The notes under the pieces: model-generated
The model's input: only the letters and a program-made list of their open reading frames with translations
Told to the model about the DNA's origin: nothing
Database searches by the model: none
Assembly (NCBI GenBank): GCA_964016885.1
Contig: OZ024750.1
Coordinates: 19,468,001-19,532,000 of the forward strand
From: Eledone cirrhosa
Taxonomy: Eukaryota
Reading direction: 5' to 3'
DNA length: 64,000 bases
Position numbers and translations under genes: made by a program
In this document: piece by piece, positions 18,982-34,715 of the stretch
How the letters are laid out: the number at the start of each line of letters is the position of its first letter
Position numbering within the stretch: position 1 is the first letter of the stretch

Positions 18982-19220
18982 CTATATATATAAAATCATA
19001 GCCAGATATCCTCGTGACAACATGTTACTCAAATATATTTCATAGGAAGTTAGATGGAAATGGAAAATCCACTCATTATAATCCTGCTCAAATGATGCTT
19101 CAGCAAAATGAATCTTGACACACACAATGTGTTTACTGAGAATATTTATTTGAATATTATTTGTGGATGGATCTCAAAAATTACATATCCACCCATGCAT
19201 TCCTATACTCACCTACTTAC

Positions 19221-19261
<41 letters not shown>

Positions 19262-19359
19262 TATACTAGGTTTTTAAACAATTTTACAGTTGCTGGTAAT
19301 TGCTATATGATATCAGATATAGTCTGACATGATATACCCACATAATCATAAATATTATA

Positions 19360-20280
<921 letters not shown>

Positions 20281-20800
20281 ATAGGAATGCACGCATATGT
20301 ACATATATTTAGGAAGCAATGCACTAGAGAGAGTGCGATACACTAACACAAACACACATAGACAGACAGAAAAAGGAAATGTTAGGCTGGAATATTATAG
20401 ATGCATTAATGCTATACATAAATCAGCGATAAATTACAAATATTAGGTAATAGTCATCAATACTTTAGCAGTTTCAGTAATAAGTTAGAGTTATAATATT
20501 CCCAACAGGACACTACGCGAATTAGCCAGACGAGGCCTAACCACAAGAAAATTAATGGCGGCAGTAACTTTACATCACGCAACTGTAGACAAAGCGAGAT
20601 TGTATTTACATTGATAATGAGAAAGCGATTGGCTTAGTGGTTAGGGAGTACGGTCTTGTTTTACATCTCGCATGGTGTCTAAAATCTTTCTCCTCATCAA
20701 GCTTGCTCGGTGAAGTTGCAAGATTAGTCACCGATGACCCGACCATAAAGGTTGTAGTGGGTTACATGTTACCAGTAGCGCTGAAGAGCGACACGGCATA

Positions 20801-20843
<43 letters not shown>

Positions 20844-21362
20844 TATATAAAAAACAAAAGGGTGTGGTAAGATAATAGGTGGACCATAACGCACCATATA
20901 TGGACTGTACCCCTTGGTAAGTTCAGCTAGATTACCGCCGTTCTAATACCGGGGTCTTAGTTCGGATCTAGCGTCATTTTGACGGCACGGCTCCACCGAT
21001 TCTCACTAAAGAATGATTGTTTTAATGTATTTTTGTTCGGGCCATTAAAACTCCCGCACTTGTTATAGATCACGTCAATCATGTTAATTTGCTCACGCTC
21101 ATTTATTGATCATTAACTAATTATGAGTTAATAAACAATAAGGGAGCGTGTGTGTTTTCAATTAGCAAAGTACCCGCACAAAAAATAAGAACATTTATCA
21201 AAATATTCGACTGCCCAGAACATAGCTCATGACTGACTCCTCACGAATGCCGATACTTGTTGATTGCATCAGTCTCAACAATTCATTCTATTATACATGA
21301 TGTTGTATTGATTAAGCACTGCTATGGGTACACATTATTAAATATTATTAGCCGTTTATTCA

Positions 21363-21550
21363 GGGCGGTGAATTGGCAGTATCGTTAGAGGGTCGGACGA
21401 CATGCTTGTCTGCATAGTTACGTCCCTTTACGGTCTGAGTTCAAATCCCATCGAGGTTAACTTTGCCTTTCATCCTTACGGGGTCGATAAAATAAAGTAC
21501 CAGTAATGCACTGAGTAATTGCTGGCCTTGTGCCAAAAGTAGAAAATTAT
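21363..21550 (+). mobile_element. Same SINE family
   Basis: gggcggtgaattggcag...gagttcaaatcc...gtcgataaaataaagtaccag...gtagaaa; flanking attattagcc repeat. Confidence 0.9.
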
Positions 21551-22462
21551 TAGCCCTTTATAACTGTTCCTCTATTTTATCCCAATATAACTACAACTTA
21601 TTGCGCCCTGAGTACGTCCTATGTCCGATTTTGTAATGGCAACATGTACAGAATGCCTCTAATTTAAACCATATCTCTGCAACTCACACAATCCTCATTT
21701 GCAATGTTTTACAGCACACAAGCTGTAATTAATGCCTTAATGTCATTACCTGTTGTCTGAGCAATGGCTATTCAGAACAATTTAGGGATATAAATGGCTA
21801 AACGTAGTAGCAATTATTTCCTCAATATGAGCTCGTTACTGAATCTGCAAATGGCATGGGCTACGTATTCAAACAGGGAAAAAATAAAATAATCAAACAT
21901 AATTACAGTGTAGTGTGGAAACTCCATTGACCACATTAATTCCTTTAATAATACTAAACTTGCAGCTAATACATTGATTTCTAAAACCATTTATATGCTC
22001 TGGGACAGTATATCAGATAAAGGAATGTGTGTAGGAGACATTTTATCAGATAATAAATGGTATTAGAAGAATGTGTGTCTAACACCCAAAGCAAGAAAGG
22101 AAACAGATAATACTTTGAAATAATAAATATTTATAATAGAACAGAGTAAATTAGGAAGTTTATGTTAAAGTTAACTTAAATCTTGTCATAGCTGCCGTGT
22201 TCCTAGCATAAATATTTATTACTTAATTGAGTGCATTGCCAAACGTGCACGTCATGTATATTACACTAAGAATTTCAGTTATCCTATATATCCAGATTGA
22301 CACATATAGCGTTTTAACACACACACACACACACACACGCACATAAATACATACATGCATATAAATATATATATATATTTCGTTTCTGAATTTGTTTAGC
22401 AACATGACCCACCCAAAGCAAAACAATATATATATATATATATGTATGTATATATACATACA

Positions 22463-22680
22463 TAAAAGGGTCGGTTGAAGGGTTCATGGGATGAAGAATT
22501 CATAGGCTGACCAAGATACTCTCACAGAATGACCAAGTGAGGTATATTTTACAATATCGTCCCTGGAAATTAACAATGCAATTATTAATAAGAATAATTG
22601 AAATTAATGCATGCAACATTTCACAGCTCTAGCCTCGATGCTTCATAGTCAGCCTATGAACTTTTCAGCTGACCCTCATA
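22463..22680. mobile_element. Tc1/mariner-type MITE or internally deleted copy
   Basis: Imperfect terminal inverted repeats aagggtcggttgaagggttcatggg / cctatgaacttttcagctgaccctc, TA flanks. Confidence 0.65.
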
Positions 22681-22793
22681 TATATACGTCCATGTACACA
22701 CAGATATATAATATATATTTAGCAGCCACCTGCCATACGCAGCCCTTCCTCGGTCGATAGTAATGGCAGACCTTAGCCTCTGGGTAGACAATG

Positions 22794-22963
22794 ATTGTTT
22801 CTACATTTGGCACAAGGCCAGCAATACATTACTGGTGCTTTATTTTATCGACCCTGTAAGGATGAAAGGCAAAGTTAACCTCGGCAGGATTTGAAATCAG
22901 ACCAGAAAGGGCCGTAATTCTATGATGCAAACGACCCTCCACTGATATTGACAATCTACCGCC
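22794..22963 (-). mobile_element. Same SINE family
   Basis: gtttctacatttggcacaaggccagc...atcgaccctgtaaggatgaaaggcaaagttaacctcggc; flanking tagacaat repeat. Confidence 0.88.
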
Positions 22964-23044
22964 CTGTGGATAGACAATCAGTTAATAGGACACTTGTTGA
23001 GAAGTGCCCCGGTTCCCGTTTTCCTGTTTTGCAAAATATCAACG

Positions 23045-23265
23045 CTAAATGCTTGAAGTGGTTGCCGTATATGTCTAGAACTTTGCGGTAGAGAAAGGTT
23101 TCCAAATATCCCATGACAAGGTTGGCGTATGAGGGGGCCACTTTCGTGCCCATGGCAGTCCCAGATTTCTGTCTGTAGTATTTGGCATTGAATTCGAAGA
23201 AATTGTTTTCCAAGATGAATTTGAGTCCCTCCAACACAAATTCTTTAGGGTCTTCTACAGAATCC
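23045..23265 (-). pseudogene. Inverted fragment of Penelope-like reverse transcriptase
   Basis: Translates to LEGLKFILENNFFEFNAKYYRQKSGTAMGTKVAPSYANLVMGYLE, the PLE RT motif-4 signature (GxAMG...P.xAN). Confidence 0.92.
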
Positions 23266-23269
23266 GAAA

Positions 23270-25147
23270 GACACACAAAAGCGAAGTAATAGACAGGGCC
23301 TGCAAGCAAGTCACAGACGTTTACATCAATATAGCCCCTACTGATGACCTTAAATTAAGACCCATAATAGCAGGCACCACATGTGAAACTTCCTAGATGT
23401 TCTGCTTAAAACTTTCCTAAAACATATAAAAAGCTTCATAAGGGACGACCTTGACATGCTCAACCACCTACCAACCACACTCAATAACGAACATACCCTA
23501 CTAGTAACCACTAACTTACGATTCACAATGGATTACAGCCATGAACAACTCCCTTTCCTTGACATCCTCATCAAGAAAACAAGCAACAAAATAGAAACAG
23601 ACATATACTACAAACCCACAGACTCCAAACAATACCTTCCATTCAACTCGTGCCACCCTAGACACACCAAAATGGCAATTCCTTATAACCTAGCTAGAAG
23701 GATCTACAAAACACTTTCAGATAAATACACATGCTACACACGACTAGAAGAATTAAAAAACACACTTATCAGCAGAAACTACCCACCATGCCTAATCACC
23801 AATGGATTCCAACGTGCCCTAAAACTAGACATCCAGGAACTCAGACACCCCAAACCCAGGAGTGAACCGCAACAATAAACTCTACCATACATCTCCACAC
23901 ACAACCCCCTCAACAATGACGCATTCGACACCATCCTCCAGAAATTCCTTTACTAAAAAGAGACCCAAGAATGAACAATATCCTCCAAACACACAACATT
24001 ATAAAGAGCAAAAGACAACCCAAATCCATTAAAAACATCCTCACACAAGCCAAAATCCAACAAACCCACATAATGAACCCTACAGTAACAAAATGCGGAA
24101 GGCCCAACTGTGGAATATGCATAAATCTAATAGAAGATTCAACATTCCATTTTAAACAAGGACAAAGTTTCACAGTTAAACACAACTTTACATGTGCATC
24201 TGAAAAGCTTATCTATGTTTTGACATGCTCAGGTTGTCAAGAGCACTAGATAGAACAGACAAAAAAAGCCTCCGTCAACGTATGACCGTCCATAAATCAC
24301 AAATTAAAATACAGGAATACAGAAAGATTGCATTTAGTGAACATATCACCAATTATGCTCGCAACCAACATCCAAACTTTAAAATTTTCCCCATTTACAA
24401 ATTCATAGACAACGCTACTTTCATCCAACGTACCAGTAAGGAAACGCATTTCATTAATAAATTTCTCAATGCCCTAAAGATCGGACGAATCTAAAACTGC
24501 AGCAACCATCAAACATTTACAAGAGTTACCTCCCTCACACCCCACTTAATCCTTTTTCTTAAATAAATTAAATATCAGCCAGCAAGAATTGCTTCCCCCT
24601 GCATATTAACTCTCTAAAAAGGTAAATCATATCAAACCACAGTCCACCATTTGCCTCCTTCACGGAACCATGGTTCAACTAAGCACTCTTGCGATATTAA
24701 CACATTTTGAACTGCTTAACTTCAATTACTGTGCTTGTAAATAACATTATTTTTTTCTTCCACATTGACTTTTTACGTTCCACATTATGCACGTTTTTTT
24801 TCCTTTTTCTTTTTTCTTTTCACTTCTTAAACCTTGTTTATATATAACATTATTCTTTCTGCACCTTCTGTTTAACATGTGCGACACCACACTAATACAT
24901 TTCACTATCATTTGATAATGCATATACATGCTGAAACCAGTAACAGACAATAATTAAATATATAAATAGATAAATAAATGCCATTGTTAAATAATAAATA
25001 AATCAACTAATACCTTAACACTTCACACAAAGTAAAACATTTCGTTTTAATAATTTTCTAACCCAGAGAAAAGAGAGAGAGAGAAACAAAAAAGAAACAC
25101 AATATATATTTCTCTTCCTCATATTCGTCTCTTTCTCCCTGTTTTCA
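23270..25147 (+). mobile_element. Penelope-like element (probably Neptune-type), truncated and frameshifted: RT pieces, Cys-rich linker, GIY-YIG endonuclease, 3' tail
   Basis: LRPIIAG; FTMDYSHEQLPFLDILI; YYKPTDSKQYLPFNSCHP; linker KCGRPNCGIC; FTCASEKLIYVLTCSGCQEH*IEQT..SLRQRMTVH. Decayed HHR-like motif tTGATAA gcat-atac-atgc GAAACCAGTA at about 24912-24942. Ends at (TA)n. Confidence 0.9.
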
Positions 25148-25218
25148 TATATATATATATATATCCTAACTCGTATGCCTCCTCTCCACATTTTATTATT
25201 ATTATTATATATATATAA

Positions 25219-25316
<98 letters not shown>

Positions 25317-25529
25317 ACATGAGAAGAAAGAAGAATACTGCGTGGTTTGCACATGGGTTACATATGATAAAAATAGTCCTTCGTCAGTGATTTTCCAACC
25401 ATCATTGGTATTTCATCGCATTAAAAATCAGATACCTCAGGTTGGTGCGAGCAATAACTAAAACAAGTTATTGGGACCAGAATTCGCGTAAGGCGAAGGG
25501 GACAAGTAAACAACATAGAAGGATACAAG

Positions 25530-25630
<101 letters not shown>

Positions 25631-26479
25631 GAGAGATGGTTATACAAAAATATTCATGTACTCACTCTTCCCACATACATTTATATTTGACACTTTAATT
25701 TAATATTTACAATCTTATAATCTGAATGCCCGCTATCCATATGTATGTATGTGTCAATATAGGTGTATGTGTGTACCAAACAGACATAGAAGGTCTATAT
25801 CACTTTCCTCAGAACAACTAGCAGGTGCAAAATATATTAATTAGTTTATCATACCGTTGTTTACTTATCTACACACTATTTTAAACAACGGTAGTCATTA
25901 GTTGTAGGTTGCGTATATCTCTCTAGATATGAATAATTCTTCCCAATACTGAGTATCTGCAGAATATTTTTTAAATTATTAGTCACATTATGAGCACTAT
26001 ATAATTGTATGTATATACGTACTCTCTTTCTTTCTCTCTCCCTGTCTCATACACACAGAGGCACCCACGCTCACCCCCTATATGTATATACCTCTCTCTC
26101 TCTGTATATATATATATATATATATATAAGGACACACTCAACAAGAAAGGATATCATATCCCTTCTCGCCAGAAAAACACAGGATATCATTCTGATACAG
26201 GGCTTTGCGCATATAAATATATAAATATGCCTTCGTAGATAAAATTCTACACCACCACTAAAAATACACGTAAACATAGGAACAGAAATATAATTCAATT
26301 TACACCCACTGGTCCCTAGCAGTGACGACTAACATATGTAAATAATACATAGACTTTTGAGAACATTTCTCTCTTTAACATAGGTATAGGAAAGTGTTCA
26401 ACAGGTAGTCGCTGCAGATCCGCTACTCCTATGGTTTTTCCATAAAGGCAAATATTACAAATAGAAATTAACCTGATGT

Positions 26480-26905
26480 AAATCCGGGATGTTTATGCAC
26501 GATAAGAGAAGAATGCCCTCTGCAACAACAAAGGTAACAGCAAGTCGGTCTTATATGGAGCCACATTCATAACAAGTATAAGCAACCACACAGAGATCAG
26601 ACAGTATGACCCAAGGCTGGTTTAAACAACGGTATTAACCATATATCCCACCATTTACACATCAGGGAATGAGGATGGCCAAGGTAATGGCTAATCGACA
26701 ATGGGAGGTGAAGCATGAAAGGATTCCATACACGATCAATTAGAATATTCTGGATAAATCTTGCTCTTATACGAAATGAACAAAAAGGTGTTTACTTTGC
26801 TTTAGCGAAAGATTTAAAACATTGTAGGGCCTGAAATCCCCTGAGAGATCACTTAATTGCATACAAAATGAATTTCTCGGAGGTTGCACTCATATGATAT
26901 CCCTC
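26480..26905 (+). pseudogene. Decayed GIY-YIG endonuclease of a second PLE family
   Basis: Hand translation with stops and shifts: ECPL..NSKSVLYGAT...MTQGWFKQRY*...WEVKHERIPYTIN*NILDKSCSYTK*TKRCLLCFSERF...NEFLGGCTH. Matches the PLE EN pattern CPL..SVVY..FKQRY..H..W.LK...KRC.LCL.E..C.H. Confidence 0.78.
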
Positions 26906-27559
26906 ATTCTCTCAGCATGGAATAATAGAAGCACGGGCACACAAAATACTATTATATTACAACCACACTAGTCCACAAACAGGTCTTAGGCATATATCTG
27001 TACACTTCGAACTAAACCAATTACAGTTAAACGTAATAAGCTACATAAATATTATACACATAAATAAAACATGCAACATTAACAATATAACACTCCACTT
27101 CTGTAAAAACTAAACACAACATCTACGTTATTTCCTTTGCTTGTCCGCAGGTTTAGACATCTCAGTCATGATCGTAGCGATGGTTCATGTATCTATGTAT
27201 ACATTATCCAATGTACACTACCTTGTTTATGATGATGGTGGCACTTTATTTCAGAAGTATTTGGTTACTATATGTAGCACCTCGTACAGTCATATTTAAG
27301 GCTCCCCAATTCTATTCTTGCATGGTTGGAGATTTCGGTAGTTTTTAGCAACGTCCTAATTTCACGTCTGGTTAATGGTGTAACTTAATTGGTACATTTC
27401 ATATTTTAATTGGTACGTTTCATATATTTACTGAAAAATAACGCAACATATAGACATATATATTTACCGGTATATAAACATCGACATTCGATCGACTTTA
27501 GTCAAATCGGACCGAAGAAACAATGTTTCCGTTGGCCTTTCCAATTGTTAATACTATCT

Positions 27560-27698
27560 ATCGATCGCAACTCCAGGTAGAAGGAACAACGTGAAGTAAA
27601 TTGTCTTTCTCAAGGACATAAAGCATCGCACGGTCCAGGAATCGAACTCACAATCTCAGGTTTGCGAATGCAATTCTCTTACCGCTCAGCCACAGGCC
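27560..27698 (-). mobile_element. Second tRNA-derived SINE type
   Basis: gtctttctcaaggaca...ccaggaatcgaactcacaatct...ttaccgctcagccacaggcc (A and B boxes on minus strand). Confidence 0.7.
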
Positions 27699-28918
27699 TA
27701 TATATAAACATATATGCATTTTTATTTCACGAATATGTATGGGCTAATACTGAGTAGCGATGTTAATGTATATCTAAATATTGTAGACAGCCAGACTTAA
27801 TTCCCTCGCTTACGTTCTATGTATTTTACTGACTCAGTGTTTCACTATTTCGTATTATATAATTCATGTATTTATTATTTCATATAACATCCAGTTAAAA
27901 AAAATGCTAAATCTTATAATGGTACAACAATGTCAACAAACGTGAAAACAAAGAAAACAAGTTAGCTATGTACGATATCAAACCTCTTAATAAATACATG
28001 TAATATCAAGAACAAAACTTGTTCTGAGTGAAAATTAAATATATATACAAATACGAATAGGAAATATCGTTCAAACACTATATGCACAGAAAACCAAGCT
28101 ACAACTAATTTATTTAACTGAGTAGACTATGTAACGTAAAACCAAATACCTTGTTCAAGTGCACAACGCACAGCTCGGTTAAGATATCGAACTCATACAC
28201 TTACGATCGTGAGACGAACACTTTAACCATACGTCACACACTGTCACGTATAAAAAGTAAAGCATGAGTGCAAACTGTGTTCTTTTAGATTATCTATGCC
28301 AACTTCCATTGAAATACAGACAATTTTTCATTTGTTTTGTAGTTTTACTTCACGTTCGTGCTCTCTTCAGTATTGTTCGTATGCATTGTATGCGCTTTCC
28401 TACCAATGTCAAGATACACATTTCATTATGTTTCATATGTGCTATACTGCTTTCTTGCCATCACATCTGAGCCAGGCTAAATTTACAATGACGTTGAATC
28501 AATTTAAATTATCGGAGACGCAAAATTTAATTTAAATTATCTGGTTTGCAAAAGATGTCTTAACCTCGAAATATAAGAAAATATAAATGGGGCAAGTGTA
28601 AACTATTGCTTTGATATGTTTTCCCGTACGCTTGACTTCACTGCCATAATTATAACTGGTATTGTACAGTTGAACAGATACGCCCAAAACAATTTTAACT
28701 ACATATCTCACAATGCATCATATATGCTATATATATATAATTATGAAGTGTTTCCGTAGGAAAGGTAATGGAAAAGAGAGTGCTCTATGTAGACTAGAGT
28801 AAAATAGTGAAGAATAAATAAACTATAACTATATATATATATATAACAAAGAAAGTGGTAAGGAACCAGATGGACCGTAACGCACCAGAGTACTCGATAC
28901 TTAGGGTAGTAGAGTGGG

Positions 28919-28956
<38 letters not shown>

Positions 28957-29087
28957 TTACCGTCTCAACATCACCTCAATCTTTTCTACAATTTTGCACC
29001 TTCCCATGTGCACAGAGGTAGTGACATTTCAATCGACCAACAAAAGGCAAGGACAAGACATATGTATATACATATATATATATATTT

Positions 29088-29119
<32 letters not shown>

Positions 29120-29224
29120 GCACACACACACCATATATATATATATGATACTCTTCTCTTATATGTGATATAGACATACACATACATATATATATATATA
29201 TATACACACACACATATATATATA

Positions 29225-29414
29225 TAGGAACAAGTAAGACCCCGACGGCTGAGCTCAAGCCGTTTCGACGGCTAATTCTGGCAGAATTAGCCGTCGAAAC
29301 GGCTTGAGCTCAGCCGTCGGGGTCTTAATTGTTCCTATTACCCACTCTACTACCCTAAGTATTGAGTACTTTGGTGCGCTATGGTCCACTTGGTTCCTTA
29401 CCACATTTCCTTCG

Positions 29415-29416
<2 letters not shown>
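29225..29416. mobile_element. Family A short insert: palindromic half-hammerhead
   Basis: Near-perfect palindrome 29225-29337 plus a 79-bp tail; contains gccgtc GAAAC ggct-tgagctc-agcc GTC ggggtc. Confidence 0.8.
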
Positions 29417-29456
<40 letters not shown>

Positions 29457-30391
29457 CGAAGGATGTATGTGTATGTCTATATCACATATAAGAGAAGAGG
29501 ATCAGTGTAAACTGTTGTTTAGTTTTCATTTGTCATACACTACTCCCGTTTCACCACCGCATTTCTAAATTATATTGCACTGACCCTAATTAATCAATCT
29601 TATCTATATACCTCAGACGTCTTTATATAAAGTCTGCTAGTACAATACACTATTGTATTTGAAAACATATGACCTAATCATTTTGTCACAACCTATACTG
29701 ATAAACATCTCTCCTTTAGTTTTTACTTCTAAAACACCGCCTTCATTCCTACTGTATTTACAGTAATATCATCCCATAGGGAAGACATCTGAAATGACCT
29801 CCGTAGCAAATTCTTCAGCTGCTACTGACGTACCTATAATCTATGGTGAATCACAAACACAAGGATTTTACATACAAACACACAGACACAAATATATTAC
29901 ATCTGAGATAAGCATATTAAAATGTCAATATAATATATATATATCTATTCAGCAGAACCAGACAAATAAGATTTTTAAAGATATAAATATGTATTTATGT
30001 AGATAAGTATGTATGTATGTATGTATGTATGTATGTATGTATGTATGTATGTATGTATGTATGTATGTATGTATGTATGTATGTATGTTCTTCTGGTTTT
30101 ATAATTTCACAAATTTCTGCCAATAGAGAGAGAGTCAGTTTCTAGCATAGGTTCAAGACTCTCTTATTGGAATTTACACAGCATCAAATAGGTAGAAATG
30201 TATGTATGTTTGTATGTATCTATGTATGTATGCATGTATGTTTTGTGTATATACATGTATGTGTGTATGTATGAACCTATGCATCTATGTATATATATAT
30301 ACATATATAGGAAAAAGTATGACCCCGACGGCAGAGCTCAAGCCGTTTCGACGGCTATTTCTGGACTTGGTTCCTTACCACAATTCCTTTG

Positions 30392-30441
<50 letters not shown>

Positions 30442-30442
30442 C

Positions 30443-30582
30443 TATTTAACATAGAAATGGCTTCTACAGGATCAGAACTGTTTCATTCGAAGGAAATCAT
30501 CAAGGCTTTCCTGATGATTTCCTTCGAATGAAACAATGCTCGTACTGTGGAAGCCATTTCTATATTAAATATTTATACTCTG
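30443..30582. repeat. Palindromic family-B HHR insert (two decayed ribozymes back to back)
   Basis: tatttaacatagaaatggcttctacag...aaatcatca is mirrored by CTGATGAtttccttcgaatGAAAC...gaagccatttctatattaaata; core at 30511. Confidence 0.8.
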
Positions 30583-31323
30583 TTATGTATTGAGTACCTT
30601 ACTTACTGAACGCGGGATACACACTGTACTGAACACGGGATACACACACACATACACACACAGATACACACACACAATAACCATACGCACACATACTTCT
30701 ATGTGTGTATGTATGTGTGTCTGTGTGTGTTTATGTGTAGGTTGGAGGTTCCTGCGTGGTCGTGTGATAGTGTTTCAGTTTCTGAGAATATACGAAATCA
30801 TGATATTCATTGAGAAACGGAATAGCACTTGCAGTAATAATTTTATTTTACGCGAGGTGTCTTACTACCTTCTTCTGAAGACAACATATTGAATTTCATT
30901 TCTATGTAGAACATTTTAACGTAAATTTATTTATGAATATTACAAATTTATATAATTCTTTAGATCAGAACGACGCCTGATAGACAACATAGTTTACATT
31001 ATCTCTTGTAGTATATCCTAACGTTGGGAAATGAAATTTCCGCACTAAAATATTGCCGGTATTTTGCAGACACATATGTATTGTTACACACTGTTCAGAG
31101 AAACAGGAAACCTCATGATATAGCGTTTTGGTTTTTGGACACCTCTAGTGTGTAGACAATGAAGGGCAATGTTGCATTCGTTCTAAGAATTAAAAAATAT
31201 TAAATTATGATGGGGAAAATGAAAATATAAATGTATTTAATTTTTGGAAAATACTAACATTAAGCATTTTCAACATTGGATCAACGTTTGAAAGGAAAAC
31301 TGGAAAACAAACTAGGATATAAT

Positions 31324-31486
31324 TATTTCTACTTTTGGCACAAGGCCAGCAATTATTCCACTGCATTACTGGTACTTTATTTTATCGACCCCGTAAGGAT
31401 GAAAGGCAAAGTTAACCTCAGCAAGATTTGAACTCATAATTCAAATGGCCATGACTCTATGCTGCAACGCATGATGTCTGACAAGC
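31324..31486 (-). mobile_element. Same SINE family, 5'-truncated, 16-bp TSD
   Basis: TSD caaactaggatataat at 31308-31323 and 31487-31502. Confidence 0.9.
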
Positions 31487-32319
31487 CAAACTAGGATATA
31501 ATGCAATGGCATAATTGTTGAAATATTGGGAAATGATATTCATACATCAGCATATTGAAATCAATTAGCTAAGGTAATTTTAAGTGTTACATGTGCAGGA
31601 AAACGCGTGTGATAGCGATTGGGTTTTGATAAATGTTCCATTAGTTAAAGCGTCACGTACTACCATTTTTGAAATAACATTTTAAAAATAAATAAACAAG
31701 AGATCGTCAAAGGTTGCGACCAAACCACTGAATTTAAACGCAAATCTGTATATCCCAAGCTCTAACATTAGATTAAAAACTTATAGAAGTTCAGAATCAA
31801 TTACCTTATATTTTCCATGCTACAAATCCACCCACTTCTGGCCTAGCAAATGTAATAAATCGACAATCCCTGCTTACACATTTAATAAGAATTTAATGGG
31901 AACACCAAAACACAACACATTGTATTGATTTGTGTTATTTCTTTCATGAAAGACCAACCTTCCAAGACCTCTCCTAATATCAACCAATATCACCTTTAAT
32001 AATACTTTCAAACTACGTTTCAAAAGAAGTTAGACGTTGTAAAATGTTCCAAGAATATTGCAAAAGTCGTTCATAACACAAATCCCCAATCATATTCGAA
32101 GTCGGCTCCAACATGTGCACACTCACACACACACAGACACTCATACAACATCTAATTCAAATGAGACCGAGAAAAATATTTGTATGATTTTAATATGCAA
32201 TAGTTATGTCATCAAATTTTGTTAAGCATAAATATTTCCAAAAAGATTTCAGCCATGGAAAATGGATGATAAATCGCAACTATAAATAATGTGAAGTGTG
32301 GAACATTATAAAGTATGGA

Positions 32320-32660
32320 ACATTATAAAGTATCGGTATACATTCATAAGGCTTGGTTTAAGAATATTCTGGAACCATCTGGTTTATGAAGGCATCAAGA
32401 AAAAGAAGAATGGAACTATGCATACTTTCATCAAATAACGGTTTTTATCACAATAGATATTGGAAAACATTGGCACATGAAATCCCTCTGCAATATGATT
32501 TAATTCCAAAAAGACTAAGAAATTGAAATGCAGATACATTTCTGAAGTTGATCAATAAAATCCAGGTGTGTTATAGTCCAGCTCAACAATAAACCATATG
32601 GACGCAGCATTGCCAAATGCTGAAGGAGTTCTTTTCGCAATTATATGGCCCATTGTTCGA
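32320..32660 (+). pseudogene. Very decayed LINE (CR1/L2-like) ORF2 C-terminus
   Basis: PLQYDLIPKRLRN*NADTFLKLINK resembles the P.L.N.LP..LR....FK..L terminal motif. Confidence 0.4.
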
Positions 32661-33699
32661 TGCCACAGCACATCCTTTATCGTAACGAGAATCAATTTAA
32701 ATATCGTGATTGAAATTGTGTTGATAGAATTTGTGTGAAAGCGTGTTGGATGTCATGTGTCTCCTTGAAATATACTGAGATTTACATTAAAAATGCACAT
32801 GCCTGTAGAATATTCAACTAGTTGTTCTTTTGCACACATGTGAAACTATATATTCAACAATAATTGTTTCTACTTTTGGCACAAGGCCAGCAATTACCCG
32901 GTACATTACGGATGAACTGTTATTCAAAGAATAGGTAATGTCACAGAATTGATGACGCTGGATCTCTCTGAGAATTACAATCGGTTTATACGTGTAGAAA
33001 GAATGCTGAACCACGTACAAGTTATTTCTCGATCAGAGTGTTCTGTCTTGATAAAATATTGCATAGTCAAATATGAAATCTGTAGTGAGGAATATAGCAT
33101 ATTGTATTTTTTCTACAAATTTCATACTTGACGACCCAATAGAACACCTATCGTCGGAACCATCGAATATCCGTTCCATACACTATATGATTCATATGAC
33201 TGTCATTGAAGCATGATTTTAAATATATTTTAGCTATTTAGAATTACAATTGCTATATTTATATGTAGGCTTTAAAGACTAGTTGTTCTTTTGCACACAT
33301 GTGAAACTATATAAACTTAAGATAAATGAATGAGAAGGAATTCCGTATTGATACTGTATCAGTATTTATTTCGGTGATTTTTTATATACAGAGAGGTAGA
33401 GAGCGAAAAAGCGTGAGGGAGACACAATATTGAGAAAGTGAAAAAGAGAATGAGGAGAGAGGGAGGAGAGAAAATGTATGTACATGTTCATGTATGTACA
33501 TGTTCATGTATATGTATGTTTTACCATGAGAATATGTGTGTATGCGTTTATCTATATGTAGGCATACATGCATGTGTTCACGAAGAGAATGGAGATTCCT
33601 GACTCCAACCGTACAACATAAATGAAATGAATTATGAAATATATTTACATCAGAGACCAACTATTTCAGATTCTCTCTGATGCTGTAAATATGTGTGAG

Positions 33700-34244
33700 A
33701 ATAATTATATATATATATATAATATATATATATATATAATATATATATAATATATATATAATATATATATATATAATATATATATATAATATATAAATAT
33801 ATAATATATATATATATATAATATATAAATATAATATATAAATATATATATAATATATATATATATATAATATATATATATATAATATATATATATATAT
33901 AATATATATATATATAATATATAAATATAATATATAAATATATATATAATATATAAATATAATATATAAATATATATATAATATATATATATATATAATA
34001 TATATATATAATATATATATATAATATATATATATATATAATATATATATATAATATATATATATAATATATATATATAATATATATATATAATATATAT
34101 ATATATATAATATATATATATATATAATATATATATAATATATATATATATATAATATATATATAATATATATATATATATAATATATATATAATATATA
34201 TATATATAATATATATATAATATATATATATAATATATATATAT

Positions 34245-34290
<46 letters not shown>

Positions 34291-34407
34291 TATAATATAT
34301 AATATATATATATATATATATATAATATATATATAATATATATAAATATATATAATATATATATAATATATATAAATATATATATATATAATATATAATA
34401 TATATAT

Positions 34408-34471
<64 letters not shown>

Positions 34472-34559
34472 ATATATAATAATAATATATATATATATAT
34501 AATATAATATATATATATATATATAATATATATATATAATATATAATATATACTATATA

Positions 34560-34608
<49 letters not shown>

Positions 34609-34653
34609 ATATATATAATATATATAATATATATATATATAATATATATAAAT

Positions 34654-34715
<62 letters not shown>

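Noticed and set aside
23341-23348. CTGATGA hammerhead core match
   Set aside because: Lies in PLE RT coding sequence (PTDDLKLRPIIAG); no stem II/GAAA partner.
25330-25460. Minus-strand CTGACGA possible hammerhead; similar weak cases at about 12948, 20780, 37820 and 47638
   Set aside because: Stems or the GAAA half cannot be paired convincingly; too decayed to call.
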